Source of the DNA: a virus
Lineage: Duplodnaviria > Caudoviricetes
Virus record (IMG/VR): IMGVR_UViG_3300031716_000008
Location: 1-59,019 of that record
Length of the DNA stretch: 59,019 bases
Direction: 5' to 3' (one strand)
Shown here one piece after another: positions 25,089-35,022 of the stretch. The stretch's first letter is position 1, and each line of letters opens with the position of its first letter. The position numbers and the translations under genes were made by a program. Under the pieces are notes generated by a model. That model was not told the origin of the DNA. It made no database searches and was given only the letters and a program-made list of their open reading frames with translations.

Positions 25089-26113
25089 CGCTGGGCTACG
25101 AAGTTGGCTGTGCCGGGGTGCGGCATGGACAAGCCGCGTCGCTTGATGGAGGACGTGTTGATGATGGTCTTACGGCCGTTGAACATCTTCAGCTCGTAGC
25201 CGCCCTGATAGAGCTGCTCCCCAATGCAGACGTCCCCGCCGTTGTGTCCGATGTCGCGATCGGGGATGTCGCAGCGCATGATGGCTTCGTGGGTGATCGC
25301 CCACCAGCCGCCGGTGGCGAAGATGATCGAGTTGCCGTTGGGAGCGGGCTTGCCGCCCTGGGCACGCCACGGCCGCTTGCGGAACCACGGCCGGCTCTCG
25401 TACCAGGCCCGCTGATTGTCTTTCAGATTCCAGACGAACTTCGTCCCGAACATGTGGCAGTTGCCCTGCCGGTGGTGCTGGACGATGCTCTGCGAGAGCA
25501 GGTTCAACCAGTCCGGCGTCCGATCGGCGATCGAGTCGTCATCGAACCAGATCACCCACTTGGTGTTGATCGGGCAGATCGGGTCGTAGAACATCTCCCG
25601 CATCACCGGGTACTTCATCGCGTTGTTGTCGTGCCGATAGTGCTTGGTGATGATTCCACGATCGACGTGGTCGCGGATCATCGCCAGGCTTTTTTGGTTC
25701 AGCTCGTTGCTCGCGACCCGCAGGTCCATTCGCGGCCCTGGCACCGTGCGAACGATTGACTCCAGGCAGCGACGGTGGAGGTCGTAGTACTGCTCCGGCC
25801 CCCAGAACAGCACGCAAATCGTGAAGCGACCGCCGACGTCGGGATGGTCGAAGATAGTGGCGCCGGGTTTGTTCTGGGCGTACTGCCCGGGCTGCGTGGC
25901 GACAACGCGATTCTGGTGACCAGGGCCACGCCCCTCCATTCTGGCGGACGGGTTGCGGGCAATCACGGGAGCCGTCAACGGAGCCCCTGGCACGATTGGC
26001 CGCGGAATACCATCGGGCGGAGCACAGGTAGCCAGCGCGACGACATCGGGCAGCACGGTGTGTACGGAGTCGAGACGAATGGAGGGGCAACGGGTGTCGG
26101 TATAGTCGGCCAT
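25085..26113 (-). CDS. GT-A fold (GT2-like) glycosyltransferase
   Basis: RRCLESI, KWVIWFDDDS (DxD), FATGGWWAI, HNGGDVCIGEQL. Confidence 0.75.
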   Translation of the reverse strand: MADYTDTRCPSIRLDSVHTVLPDVVALATCAPPDGIPRPIVPGAPLTAPVIARNPSARMEGRGPGHQNRVVATQPGQYAQNKPGATIFDHPDVGGRFTICVLFWGPEQYYDLHRRCLESIVRTVPGPRMDLRVASNELNQKSLAMIRDHVDRGIITKHYRHDNNAMKYPVMREMFYDPICPINTKWVIWFDDDSIADRTPDWLNLLSQSIVQHHRQGNCHMFGTKFVWNLKDNQRAWYESRPWFRKRPWRAQGGKPAPNGNSIIFATGGWWAITHEAIMRCDIPDRDIGHNGGDVCIGEQLYQGGYELKMFNGRKTIINTSSIKRRGLSMPHPGTANFVAQR

Positions 26114-26114
26114 G

Positions 26115-27194
26115 TTACAGATCGAGTTGGAGGGCTGGTCGGCGTGTCACCGGCGCCGGCTTCTTGGCGAACGTAGAAACCTCACCCGCGTCGGTCAGCG
26201 ACGGGTGGAATACGGAGCTAGGCTGGAGCGACGGCAGCGTGCCATCGTCGTAATACGACTGTGCGGCCGCGACGACCATGTCGGGTGTGATCATCTCCAA
26301 GCACAGCGGCACGGCCTGGCCTGGTGTCAGCACTGGATGTTTGCAGAGCGAGTCGTCGTCGCTGATCTTGACGACCTTGTTCTTCCAGCAGCCGTGGGCC
26401 GCGCAGCAATCGAGCAAGCCGATCGTATGCAGACAGCGGTGCGGGACCTTGAGTTGGCCGGAGGCGAGCGGGCCGAAGCCGGAGTTCTCGTTGACGTAGG
26501 CCTCCCACCACCAGGCTTCGCGACCACCACTGAGCATGACGCAGGGTCGCTGGAGAGCTGCCGCCATGTGCATCGCGGCCGTGACGCCGCAGATCACGCC
26601 GTCGGCGTGCTTGATTAGCCGCAGCATGTCCCGCAGGTTTGACTCGCCAACCAGGTTGAGCGTGTTGTCCAGCGGCGGATGCCAATGCCCGCTGTCGGTG
26701 CTGCCGATCTGAACGACGCCGAGACCTTTCTCGACGAGACGATTGACCGTCTCCTGCATCTTGGTGATCCGCCAGACCTTGGCGGTGAAATCGCTCTTAC
26801 CGCCCGAGATCACGACCCAGTACCGCCCACTGACCAATGGCACCGTGGCTTCGTCGTGGGACAAGTGGATATCACCATACGGATAACGCAGCGGTACTTG
26901 AATACCGACCCGTTTATGGAAGTCGCGATGGAACCAGGCTAGGAAGTGGACCGTCTCGGTCTTCTGGGCTCTGATTCCGTCGCCGTACTGGCAGTCGACG
27001 TACTGGATGCCGTGCTGATCCTTGCGGTTCTTCAGCGGCGTCAGGTAGGGGTTGTTCCGCCAGATATCCGGGGCCGACGTATCGACGTCGATCTCCAACT
27101 CCGGATAGGTCAGCTTCAAATCACGAGCCAGGGCTGTCAGAACAGTGACGTCACCCGGAGCCCGGTTGTGACGCAATACAAAGCGACGAGACAT
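26115..27194 (-). CDS. GT9 family (heptosyltransferase-like) glycosyltransferase
   Basis: APGDVTVLTALARDLK, NNPYL, NLVGESNLRDMLRLIKHADGVICGVTAAMHMAAALQRPCV, CLEMITPDMV. Confidence 0.85.
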   Translation of the reverse strand: MSRRFVLRHNRAPGDVTVLTALARDLKLTYPELEIDVDTSAPDIWRNNPYLTPLKNRKDQHGIQYVDCQYGDGIRAQKTETVHFLAWFHRDFHKRVGIQVPLRYPYGDIHLSHDEATVPLVSGRYWVVISGGKSDFTAKVWRITKMQETVNRLVEKGLGVVQIGSTDSGHWHPPLDNTLNLVGESNLRDMLRLIKHADGVICGVTAAMHMAAALQRPCVMLSGGREAWWWEAYVNENSGFGPLASGQLKVPHRCLHTIGLLDCCAAHGCWKNKVVKISDDDSLCKHPVLTPGQAVPLCLEMITPDMVVAAAQSYYDDGTLPSLQPSSVFHPSLTDAGEVSTFAKKPAPVTRRPALQLDL

Positions 27195-27231
27195 TACACC
27201 CTCCCTGGCAATCTCTCAATCCTGCACGCTA

Positions 27232-27519
27232 TTACGGTACGATCTTAGCCGGTACGTCGCACAGCGTGCAACAGGCGGCGGTCGGTAAGACGGTCACCAT
27301 GGAACAGGCCTTAAATATAGCGCAGCTGAAGATTTTAATGTGCACGTTGCCGGGGCACATCTCGCATTTGGTCTGGTCAATCTCTTCGCCGCGATGGGGG
27401 CAGGATTCCCAGCTGAATGTCTTACCGGGGCAGTCCCGCATGATGATATCCAGCGAGCGAAATCGACACTCGCTGCACTCGTACCCGCCGACGGCGCTGA
27501 TGACGAAGTTACAGGTCAT
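27232..27519 (-). CDS. small Cys-rich protein
   Basis: ATG 27519 coupled to upstream stop; many CxxC motifs. Confidence 0.6.
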   Translation of the reverse strand: MTCNFVISAVGGYECSECRFRSLDIIMRDCPGKTFSWESCPHRGEEIDQTKCEMCPGNVHIKIFSCAIFKACSMVTVLPTAACCTLCDVPAKIVP

Positions 27520-28154
27520 ATTATGTCGTCGTCTGCATAATTCAGCAGTCGTTGTAGGAATGGGCAATTATTGTATGCACAGCCATCGGTGATGTTCGAA
27601 TCGCCAGACAGAAAGAAAAATCCGCTGCCTATTTGCTCTACGGCGACAACGACATTGCCAGCGTCGGAGATCCACACACTGGTGCCTCCGTCAATTCTGG
27701 ATGCCCGCGCTATTTTGAGCGTAGTTCCCTGCGCAATGTTGGCTGCCCCGGGTGTACAGGTGTTAGTAGCGCTGTCGCATAAAGTTCCCGATTCGTCGAC
27801 CGTACCGCCCCAGGAAAGTGAGCTGCCAATAGCGGCTAAGAAGCTGGCCAGATTCGCAGCGTCCGCCAGACATCCGAAGAACTCCGCCTGCATCCACATG
27901 CGGCCGCCATTTTGCAGGTATGTCTGAATTGCAGGCCACTGCCCGGACGGAAAGCGCACGGCATTACCGCAACTGTTACGATTGCCGGCGAAAACCAGAC
28001 TGCATTGCGAGATATTACTAATATCAAGTTTGAGATTGACGACGATGTCGTTATTCGGGAAGCAGCTCTCTGAAACGGCCCATACTCCCTCGTCATAGCC
28101 GATCACGCCGCAGCAAGCATTGCCCCCGCTATCCACTGCCGGCCAACCAAGCAT
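27516..28154 (-). CDS. Cys-rich protein with GATase-like/DUF4350-like domain, putative distal tail component
   Basis: YLQNGGRMWMQAE, IGSGFFFLSGDSNI, NNCPFLQRLL pattern. Confidence 0.55.
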   Translation of the reverse strand: MLGWPAVDSGGNACCGVIGYDEGVWAVSESCFPNNDIVVNLKLDISNISQCSLVFAGNRNSCGNAVRFPSGQWPAIQTYLQNGGRMWMQAEFFGCLADAANLASFLAAIGSSLSWGGTVDESGTLCDSATNTCTPGAANIAQGTTLKIARASRIDGGTSVWISDAGNVVVAVEQIGSGFFFLSGDSNITDGCAYNNCPFLQRLLNYADDDII

Positions 28155-28167
28155 GTTGCGATCCTAC

Positions 28168-29004
28168 CTATGAAGAAGACGGACACTTGTTGGCTGTGAC
28201 CATTTTGTACGTAAAATTGCCGCTGTTGTCGCATTCGCGATAGGCCCAGCCCGATGCACCTGACGCGATCGATTTTCCGGTCGGGATTTGACCCGGGTCT
28301 GTGATTGTAATCGCACCGTCCGTGCTCGTAGCCGAGGCCGAGCCGCCGCTGGCCAAATTACTGGTTAGCGTAAAGAAAATCAGCTGCGGCATGCACGGGA
28401 TGTTGCCGGTGTCCAACAGCAAATTGAAATTCGTCAAAATCAAATCGCTCAGTCCGCCAAAATCGAAGTCAAAATTATAAGCGCATGGTGAGTAAACATT
28501 GTCCGGGCTAGTTCGTGTAACCGTGATTGGCACATCAAGCAGTGCCTCAGATGCGCTGACGCTGCTGCCGCTACTGAAGATTATTTCGTTGAAAAGCATT
28601 GTGCCGGTGGCAGTGATCTCGGCACAATGAATCCGCGGTCGTGGTACCCGTAGGTGAAAATCAAACTGATAAGCACAGCTCGGCGATGAATCGCAGGAGC
28701 CGGCGTCAGCCAACTGCGTGATAATGACGTCCGCACCTTCGCTACTGTCGCTGGTTACCTCGATCGTGGCCGTCGCAGCGAGCGTCGGGCAGGGGATACA
28801 TACCGGGAACGGCGGCAGTGGCTCGGGAATTTCGATCGGCGGAATGATCACCGGTTGCGGCGGGAAATCGATCGGAATTTCGATGTCTGGCTGATCGAAG
28901 ATAGGGGGCGGTGACGGGAGCACCTCGCACGCGCTGTTGAACTCGAAGTCAAGCGTTGCGATCGACGATAACGAGCAGCCAGTGGTCGGGAAGAGTGGCC
29001 TCAT
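28168..29004 (-). CDS. putative tail fibre-associated protein
   Basis: Pro-rich N-terminus, two C-AY[QN]FDF repeats, Ser-rich patches. Confidence 0.6.
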   Translation of the reverse strand: MRPLFPTTGCSLSSIATLDFEFNSACEVLPSPPPIFDQPDIEIPIDFPPQPVIIPPIEIPEPLPPFPVCIPCPTLAATATIEVTSDSSEGADVIITQLADAGSCDSSPSCAYQFDFHLRVPRPRIHCAEITATGTMLFNEIIFSSGSSVSASEALLDVPITVTRTSPDNVYSPCAYNFDFDFGGLSDLILTNFNLLLDTGNIPCMPQLIFFTLTSNLASGGSASATSTDGAITITDPGQIPTGKSIASGASGWAYRECDNSGNFTYKMVTANKCPSSS

Positions 29005-29927
29005 GCTCCCTCCGACGATTCTGAGCTGCCGCAGAAGGCCGCGAAGTCATGCAGGCTGCGGTCCACGACCAGCGTATGGGCTTGCTGGGGATCGGTATAA
29101 ATACGAATACCCCGACCAGCGCGAATTTGCAGATGTTTGCCACCTTTGCCGTTGATAGATTTGAGAATTTGTTTGCAGGATGGACCGCCGGTATAGAACG
29201 GACTGTCGTCTGGCTTTTGCTCGTTCTCGAAGATTGGTATCTCCTCGCACTGGCGGCCCTTGCCGGCACCGAGGTTGGCACTGACCGTCAGCCGATTGTT
29301 CTGCTCATCCTGGCGGATAGCGCAGTTGTAGCCTTCGACCAGCGCGATATGTCCTTGGAGACAGCGAGCGATCACAACCAGGTCAGTACTGTCCTCGTCC
29401 GGATCGCACATGCTGGGAAGCGCGGCATGCCGTCGCGGAGAGTTTACGACATTGAACGACTGCACCCGCGAGCCGTTTAAGCTCTGGATACGGCCGGGTT
29501 CAATGAGCCATAGAGCCGGAAAGACAATAGAGTCACCGCTGGCAATCGCCGTCAGCAAGGCATCGAAGCGGCCGGTGACCAGGAAGCCACGCCATGACGG
29601 AAGCGTGCAGTCATGCGCGGCGGAGCCCTCCCAAGGCGTGCCGGCGTCGGCCCATTCAGTCGCGAACTCGCCGGCGGTGGCGGAGTCGCGCGTAAACGTC
29701 AGCGTGTCGTCGGAGGCCGTAGTACGGAATTGGTAGGTGAAGACTGTACCCGTACGTGAAATCGAATACAGGTAGACGTTGTCCTGCGTGTCGTCGTACG
29801 CAATGTCGGGACCCATAATGGCCCCGAAGTCGACGATGGCCTCTTGCGGCAGCGCATTGGAGTTCAACACCGTCTGGAACGGGTAGTCTCTATACTCTGA
29901 TTCGTCGTACCAGCCAGCGCGTGCCAT
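29001..29927 (-). CDS. tail/baseplate protein (paralog 5 of 5)
   Basis: N-terminal W..ESEYRDYPF; SING motif. Confidence 0.7.
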   Translation of the reverse strand: MARAGWYDESEYRDYPFQTVLNSNALPQEAIVDFGAIMGPDIAYDDTQDNVYLYSISRTGTVFTYQFRTTASDDTLTFTRDSATAGEFATEWADAGTPWEGSAAHDCTLPSWRGFLVTGRFDALLTAIASGDSIVFPALWLIEPGRIQSLNGSRVQSFNVVNSPRRHAALPSMCDPDEDSTDLVVIARCLQGHIALVEGYNCAIRQDEQNNRLTVSANLGAGKGRQCEEIPIFENEQKPDDSPFYTGGPSCKQILKSINGKGGKHLQIRAGRGIRIYTDPQQAHTLVVDRSLHDFAAFCGSSESSEGA

Positions 29928-29934
29928 TTGGTTT

Positions 29935-30708
29935 CTAAGTACCGGCTTGAGTGTTGACTTGACCGACGGCCTCGATCACCAAACCGGCGTCTTCGCCGTA
30001 GATGCGGAGGATCGTCTGGTCGTTAAAATGATCGCCGACGGTGAGCTGATAGTTCCCGTGGTCGTCCGGACGGCAATTATTGATCGTGAGAATGAAATTC
30101 GGAACATCAAAGTCATTGACCTCGACGCAGTCCTTGCGAATGAACAGCGGATCGCCGACGACGTTGAGCACGATGTTCTCCGAATCTTCGTTGGCCTCGA
30201 ACACTAGGCCGTCGTCCGCTACCAGCCATACATCGCCAGCGAGGATGCTGCCGTCGGCGAGCTGCACGCCGCGGAGGCCGATCTCCGGCGTGGGAATTAC
30301 AACCGAGGCCACGAACTCGGCGTCACCGATCGCGAAGTTGTGCGTGCCGACGGCCCAGGCGCCGAAGCGGGCCAGGCGGAGCGCGTCGGAGACTAGAATA
30401 CCGGCTGGCCGGCCCAGGATGTCCTCGAAGCGAATGATGCTCGGGATCGTTAGTAGGTCGATCGTGCCGGTGGCCAGCACCGTCCGCGACGAATCGCTGA
30501 TCGAGATAATAACCTGGTCGCTGGTGACTTCTACTCTGGAGATGCCAATTCGACTACCGCCGCCGATCGGATAGAAGCAAGCGTCGAGGAACGTATCGAC
30601 GTCGATCGCCTGGGTCGTGTCCGCCGTCAGCGTCGCCGTGTCGGCGAACGGGTAGCGCGTGGTCTCAAACTCATCGCGGAACTCGGGGAAGATGATGCGG
30701 TCGGGCAT
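29935..30708 (-). CDS. tail/baseplate protein (paralog 4 of 5)
   Basis: TAATG start at 30708; RYPFADTAT; TINNCRPDDHGNY. Confidence 0.7.
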   Translation of the reverse strand: MPDRIIFPEFRDEFETTRYPFADTATLTADTTQAIDVDTFLDACFYPIGGGSRIGISRVEVTSDQVIISISDSSRTVLATGTIDLLTIPSIIRFEDILGRPAGILVSDALRLARFGAWAVGTHNFAIGDAEFVASVVIPTPEIGLRGVQLADGSILAGDVWLVADDGLVFEANEDSENIVLNVVGDPLFIRKDCVEVNDFDVPNFILTINNCRPDDHGNYQLTVGDHFNDQTILRIYGEDAGLVIEAVGQVNTQAGT

Positions 30709-32300
30709 TAGTCGATTGGCTCCAGGCTGACGGAGTAATAGCGGACCACGGAACGATCGGAGCCCAGGCCGAATCGCCCCTCGGCCGGCAGGTAGCGATT
30801 GGTGGTGGTCGAGAAGCGGACGCCCCGCCAATCCGGCTGCGTGACGCCGGCGACGCTGACCCGCAGCGACGTCTGGTCGTTGAAGCCGCGAACCTCGGCG
30901 GTCAGCCGGTAGATGTGATCGTATTGGATTGGATCTTTGACGGTGACGCTATGCACGTCGGCTAAGGCCACGCCGTTCCACCGCATCAGTCGCAACCGCC
31001 CGTTCAGACGATCGAGAACGACGATGAAGTAACTATCGCGACCCGTGCCGGTCTGCCAGGGCTCCCGGTAGTTGAGCACCAGGCCGCCGTTGGCCGCCGA
31101 GCCTGAGCGACCAATACCTAGATCGGTGCTAATCCGCACGCCATAGCGCTGGGCCAAGACCGTATCGTCGAGCACGGCCACGTTGCGACGCGAACTGTTC
31201 TGACATAGGCAGGCAGTGCCGTCGGGGGAAGTCTCCAAGACATAATCGCCGACGATCTGCACGAGCGGCGGGGCAACGTCAGGCATGAAATGAATCAAGC
31301 TGGGGAGGTTTACCATGACGTCATCCAGCGGAAGCGAGGAGCCAGCAGGCTCGTCTTCTCCGACGAACGGCATGGCGAACGCTTGGAACATCATCATGTC
31401 GTCGCCGGCGGACATGGATGACGATTCGAGATCAACGCACAGGTCTTCGCCCACGAAGCGGCCGGGTTTGTTGGTGTCCACGCAAACGTCCTCCAGGCCG
31501 AGTGATTGTTCGAGGGTAACGCCGCCGAGGCTGTCCATTTCGTCCGCACAGTCGCCATACGGCCGGGCGGTCAGGTGTTTGAACCGGATGCGGATGTTGC
31601 CATGGCAGTCAGGAGCGACGCCGTTGATCGTCTCGATACCCTCGCGATCGCAGTTCCGGCTCTCCGGTCGTTGATCGCAGGGTCCGAGATACTCGGACAG
31701 GACGTTGCGGCCGGGCGTGGCTGACGCTAGGCGGAAGACGATTGCCGGCCGGTCGACGAAGTCGAGTGTGCGGATTTCGCGGGCGATGGTGATATCGCTG
31801 CCGCCCTGGAGCTGTACGATCCCGCCGAGTCGTACGTCGCGACCGCCTTTGCTAAAGGACTTCACCGGCATCTCGTCATAGGGCGAGGCACAGCGGGGCA
31901 GGATCAAACTCTGCTGTGGGGTTGAGAAGCGGCCAACAAAGGGCTCTTCGACATTGCCGAAGACGATGAACCCACCCACCCCGCGGTACATGGGCGTAAT
32001 CGGGTAGTTGACAAAACGGAGCACTGGTTTGACCAGGCTGACCACACCCAGTGGTACGAAGTCGCTCATGGCCGTCGGCGACGTCGCCGCCAGGATGACG
32101 ACGTTGACCAAGTTATCCGTCACCGTAATACCGCCGACGTAAGCGTACTTACCGACCGATCGCGGGAAACTGAGGTGGAGATCGACGAGGATGTCGTCAC
32201 GCAGCCGCGCGCCGTCGTCGCCCGTACCGGTAGCGGTGTCGGCCAGCGGATAACGCCGGGTCGATTGTTCGCTATACCAATTTGCGTTGCGGATGGGCAT
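30708..32300 (-). CDS. tail/baseplate protein (paralog 3 of 5) with C-terminal beta-sandwich (lectin-like) domain
   Basis: RRYPLADTAT; TINGVAPDCHGNI; C-terminal NGGLVLNYR..GRFGL. Confidence 0.7.
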   Translation of the reverse strand: MPIRNANWYSEQSTRRYPLADTATGTGDDGARLRDDILVDLHLSFPRSVGKYAYVGGITVTDNLVNVVILAATSPTAMSDFVPLGVVSLVKPVLRFVNYPITPMYRGVGGFIVFGNVEEPFVGRFSTPQQSLILPRCASPYDEMPVKSFSKGGRDVRLGGIVQLQGGSDITIAREIRTLDFVDRPAIVFRLASATPGRNVLSEYLGPCDQRPESRNCDREGIETINGVAPDCHGNIRIRFKHLTARPYGDCADEMDSLGGVTLEQSLGLEDVCVDTNKPGRFVGEDLCVDLESSSMSAGDDMMMFQAFAMPFVGEDEPAGSSLPLDDVMVNLPSLIHFMPDVAPPLVQIVGDYVLETSPDGTACLCQNSSRRNVAVLDDTVLAQRYGVRISTDLGIGRSGSAANGGLVLNYREPWQTGTGRDSYFIVVLDRLNGRLRLMRWNGVALADVHSVTVKDPIQYDHIYRLTAEVRGFNDQTSLRVSVAGVTQPDWRGVRFSTTTNRYLPAEGRFGLGSDRSVVRYYSVSLEPID

Positions 32301-34063
32301 TACGGGAATTCGCTAGACGAGGAGAGCATGGCGATGTAGCAGCGGAGCAGGTCCTGCGCGTCGTCGGGCACGGCTGGGCAGTTGAGAATCTTGGTGTCGC
32401 TGGTGGGCGAACCGCCACCGCCGGAGCTGGAGCTGCTATCGCCGCTGTCGCCGATGTCGATCGGCGCGCCGTCCAACTCGCCGGTGATCCGGGCGGTGAC
32501 GACGTAGGGCACAAAGCACTCCGGAAACTCCAGCCGGAATCGGACCGACACGGAGGCGAAGGGTTCGACCGAGTCCCAGTGGGCTGTGAACGTCGGCCAG
32601 GCGCCTTGCAGCGTGTAGCGTTCAGTGAGCCCGCTGCGACGGCCTGGTTTGCGACTCGCACCGGTGATCAGCGTATAACCCGGTACGACGGTCGCCATGT
32701 CGTCTGGGCTGGCTGACAGTTGGAACGTAATCGTCAAGTCGCTCAGACATTCTTCTGTGTGGTTGCTGTATTGCCCGGCGATGTCGATGAACGGGCAAAT
32801 CTGCGGCTGCATGAAGATACGCAGCGGACGACTATTGATGCAGGCCGCGTGCTTGAGGAACCGCTGGCGGTTCTCGTGATAGATGCCGCGACTGGCCATA
32901 ATCGAGTTGCCGATTTGCTTGTAGTCGCCGGCGACGCGGTTCATATACCTGGCAACTGCGATATAGTCGTCGCAGTCACAGCACGCTTTGCAGTCGTTGG
33001 TGAGTTGGAGATGTCCGTATTGTTTTGACTCTGGCCAGCCGCGAGCGGCGGTCGTTGTGCCGGCGCGGCTATCTGGTAGCGGCTCCTCGGAGAGCGTATC
33101 GTTGCCGGGCGACAGCATCGTCACCGGCCGCGCAAAGACGAGACTGTCGTCCCTGATAATCTGCGTCGGCCGGCGAAGTCCGAAGCAATCGGCGGCGGCC
33201 AGGTGGAAATCGCCCGCAGCGGTCGGAGCGATGCTATTGATCTTCGTGATTGCCAACGGCGGTGGGTCGCAGTCGGGGAAGACGCCGTCGCCGGCGCCGG
33301 GCATCGCGTCGAAGCGAATCTGATGTTTCACGCGACCGCCGTCTGCGATCTTCACGGCCTGGTGCGTAACCACCATGTTGTAGCCGGCCTGCAAGTCCAC
33401 GCGCTTGGCAGTGATCGAGTCTAGCACCGCGTTGATGGAGCTTACGCGGCTGGGGATGACATGGATCGCCCGGCTGTCGATCACCGCACTTTGTGGGATG
33501 ATGTGGTGGCCGTACTGCCGCGGCTCGGGGTCGTTATCCGGCGACCAGGCTGTATGGATAACTGCCCGTAACGTGCGACCCTGCAGGTGCCACTCGTAGA
33601 TACGATTGCGGGGTCCCCAGTCTCGGATCTTGATGTCGTTAGCGTCGCGGGTGTCGTAGACGACGTGGTTGGTAGCGTCGACGATCACGATGTTGTAGGG
33701 CATCAGCACGACGGGATGCGGCGGGATTCCGGCGGGAATTCCGGGCAAGCAGCCGAAGCCGTGCATGTACCGGATATGGAAGGGTGGTCTGTAGACGCCG
33801 ACGTGCTCTAAGTACAAGTCCGCCAACAAGTAGCGAATATCTTCGGAGGGATCGATGAGCGGGTAATCGACGCCGCTTTGCGGCTGCACCACGCCGATAC
33901 CCTCGCGGCCGCGAGGGTCGGTCTGGAAGTCGTCGCAGGCGAATGGCGCGCTGGAGAGACTGGAGCCACTGGAAACCGAGCTGACGAACTCTGAGCTGTA
34001 GGTGGCGAGCATCTCGCTCGACATCTCGGACGAATAACCATAGCTGGCGGAGCTGCTGCGCAT
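32300..34063 (-). CDS. tail/baseplate protein (paralog 2 of 5)
   Basis: Ser-rich termini; DYPL; KINSIAPTAAGDF; NDCKACCDCDDY. Confidence 0.7.
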   Translation of the reverse strand: MRSSSASYGYSSEMSSEMLATYSSEFVSSVSSGSSLSSAPFACDDFQTDPRGREGIGVVQPQSGVDYPLIDPSEDIRYLLADLYLEHVGVYRPPFHIRYMHGFGCLPGIPAGIPPHPVVLMPYNIVIVDATNHVVYDTRDANDIKIRDWGPRNRIYEWHLQGRTLRAVIHTAWSPDNDPEPRQYGHHIIPQSAVIDSRAIHVIPSRVSSINAVLDSITAKRVDLQAGYNMVVTHQAVKIADGGRVKHQIRFDAMPGAGDGVFPDCDPPPLAITKINSIAPTAAGDFHLAAADCFGLRRPTQIIRDDSLVFARPVTMLSPGNDTLSEEPLPDSRAGTTTAARGWPESKQYGHLQLTNDCKACCDCDDYIAVARYMNRVAGDYKQIGNSIMASRGIYHENRQRFLKHAACINSRPLRIFMQPQICPFIDIAGQYSNHTEECLSDLTITFQLSASPDDMATVVPGYTLITGASRKPGRRSGLTERYTLQGAWPTFTAHWDSVEPFASVSVRFRLEFPECFVPYVVTARITGELDGAPIDIGDSGDSSSSSGGGGSPTSDTKILNCPAVPDDAQDLLRCYIAMLSSSSEFP

Positions 34064-34069
34064 AGGTTT

Positions 34070-35020
34070 CTAACAGTCGATACATCCTTGATCAGCCAGG
34101 CGGCTGCCCAGTACGACGTTCCGCATCTGAACCACTTCGGCTTGCAGAGTGTTGGCCAGGCCGCGGAGCGTCGCCGCCCCGTCGGCGAACCGATCGATTT
34201 GCCGGGTGAGCGGGTCGAGCAGATCGCAGCCGCAGCACGGCTTCGAGCAGCTATCGGTGAACTTGATCCCGTTGGCTATGGGCACAAGCTCGATACAGTC
34301 GTCGCCGACGATGCGGAAGTTGCCGTCCTGTAGTGGTGGAATACCGTTGATGAACCGGATGGGGTCGCCCGTGATGTTCTCGTCGCAGGCGCAGGTCGCA
34401 TTAAGTCCCTCCCCGCTAATCGCCGAGAAACTGATCTGGGCGCTGTCAGCATCGCTCGACACGACCGCGATACGCATGTTGCTACCGGCGATGAGTTCAA
34501 TGTCGCCGTAGTAGGTCGGGCTTCGATCGGTGCCATTGACAACGGCCACGCCGGCGACGCCGCGAATTATCGGACGGATCGTATCGACTTCTAGCGGCGT
34601 GGCGGCCGGGGCGAACGTGTAGAGCCCCGGCGGGAGTTGGTCGATCTCGTCGAGTGCTCCAATCGTGATGTGGCCGACCGTATCGTTGAAGCTGTCGACG
34701 CCGCCGACGGCATAGCTCCGGTTCTCGGTGTGCGTAGCCTTGGGGATATTGGCCGTGGCGATTAGCGGCGGGCTGAGCGTATTGTTGTCATAGCCAATGC
34801 CGATGTTGTAGCCGGTTGGGAAGATCCCCAGGTCCCGCAGGAAGAACCGTTCCGGCTGTACGCTCAGCCCGGAGTGGATCGGTAGATAGAACTCCACGAT
34901 GAAGCTGTCGGGCAAAATGATCGTGTTGGTCTTGTCGCGCTTCGTGCCCCAATCAGCGATCGGATAGGCGCGCTGGGAGTTCTGCCCCAACCATTGAAGA
35001 TTCCAATTACCCAGCGGCAT
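34070..35020 (-). CDS. tail/baseplate protein (paralog 1 of 5)
   Basis: NSQRAYPIAD; FINGIPPLQDGNF; DSCSKPCCGCD then coiled coil. Confidence 0.7.
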   Translation of the reverse strand: MPLGNWNLQWLGQNSQRAYPIADWGTKRDKTNTIILPDSFIVEFYLPIHSGLSVQPERFFLRDLGIFPTGYNIGIGYDNNTLSPPLIATANIPKATHTENRSYAVGGVDSFNDTVGHITIGALDEIDQLPPGLYTFAPAATPLEVDTIRPIIRGVAGVAVVNGTDRSPTYYGDIELIAGSNMRIAVVSSDADSAQISFSAISGEGLNATCACDENITGDPIRFINGIPPLQDGNFRIVGDDCIELVPIANGIKFTDSCSKPCCGCDLLDPLTRQIDRFADGAATLRGLANTLQAEVVQMRNVVLGSRLADQGCIDC

Positions 35021-35022
35021 GC

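Noticed and set aside
26115-26150. GT9 C-terminus RRPALQLDL (and gp88 GRIHKDLAA) as further tag copies
   Set aside because: Only partial matches with wrong Arg spacing; not counted among the six.
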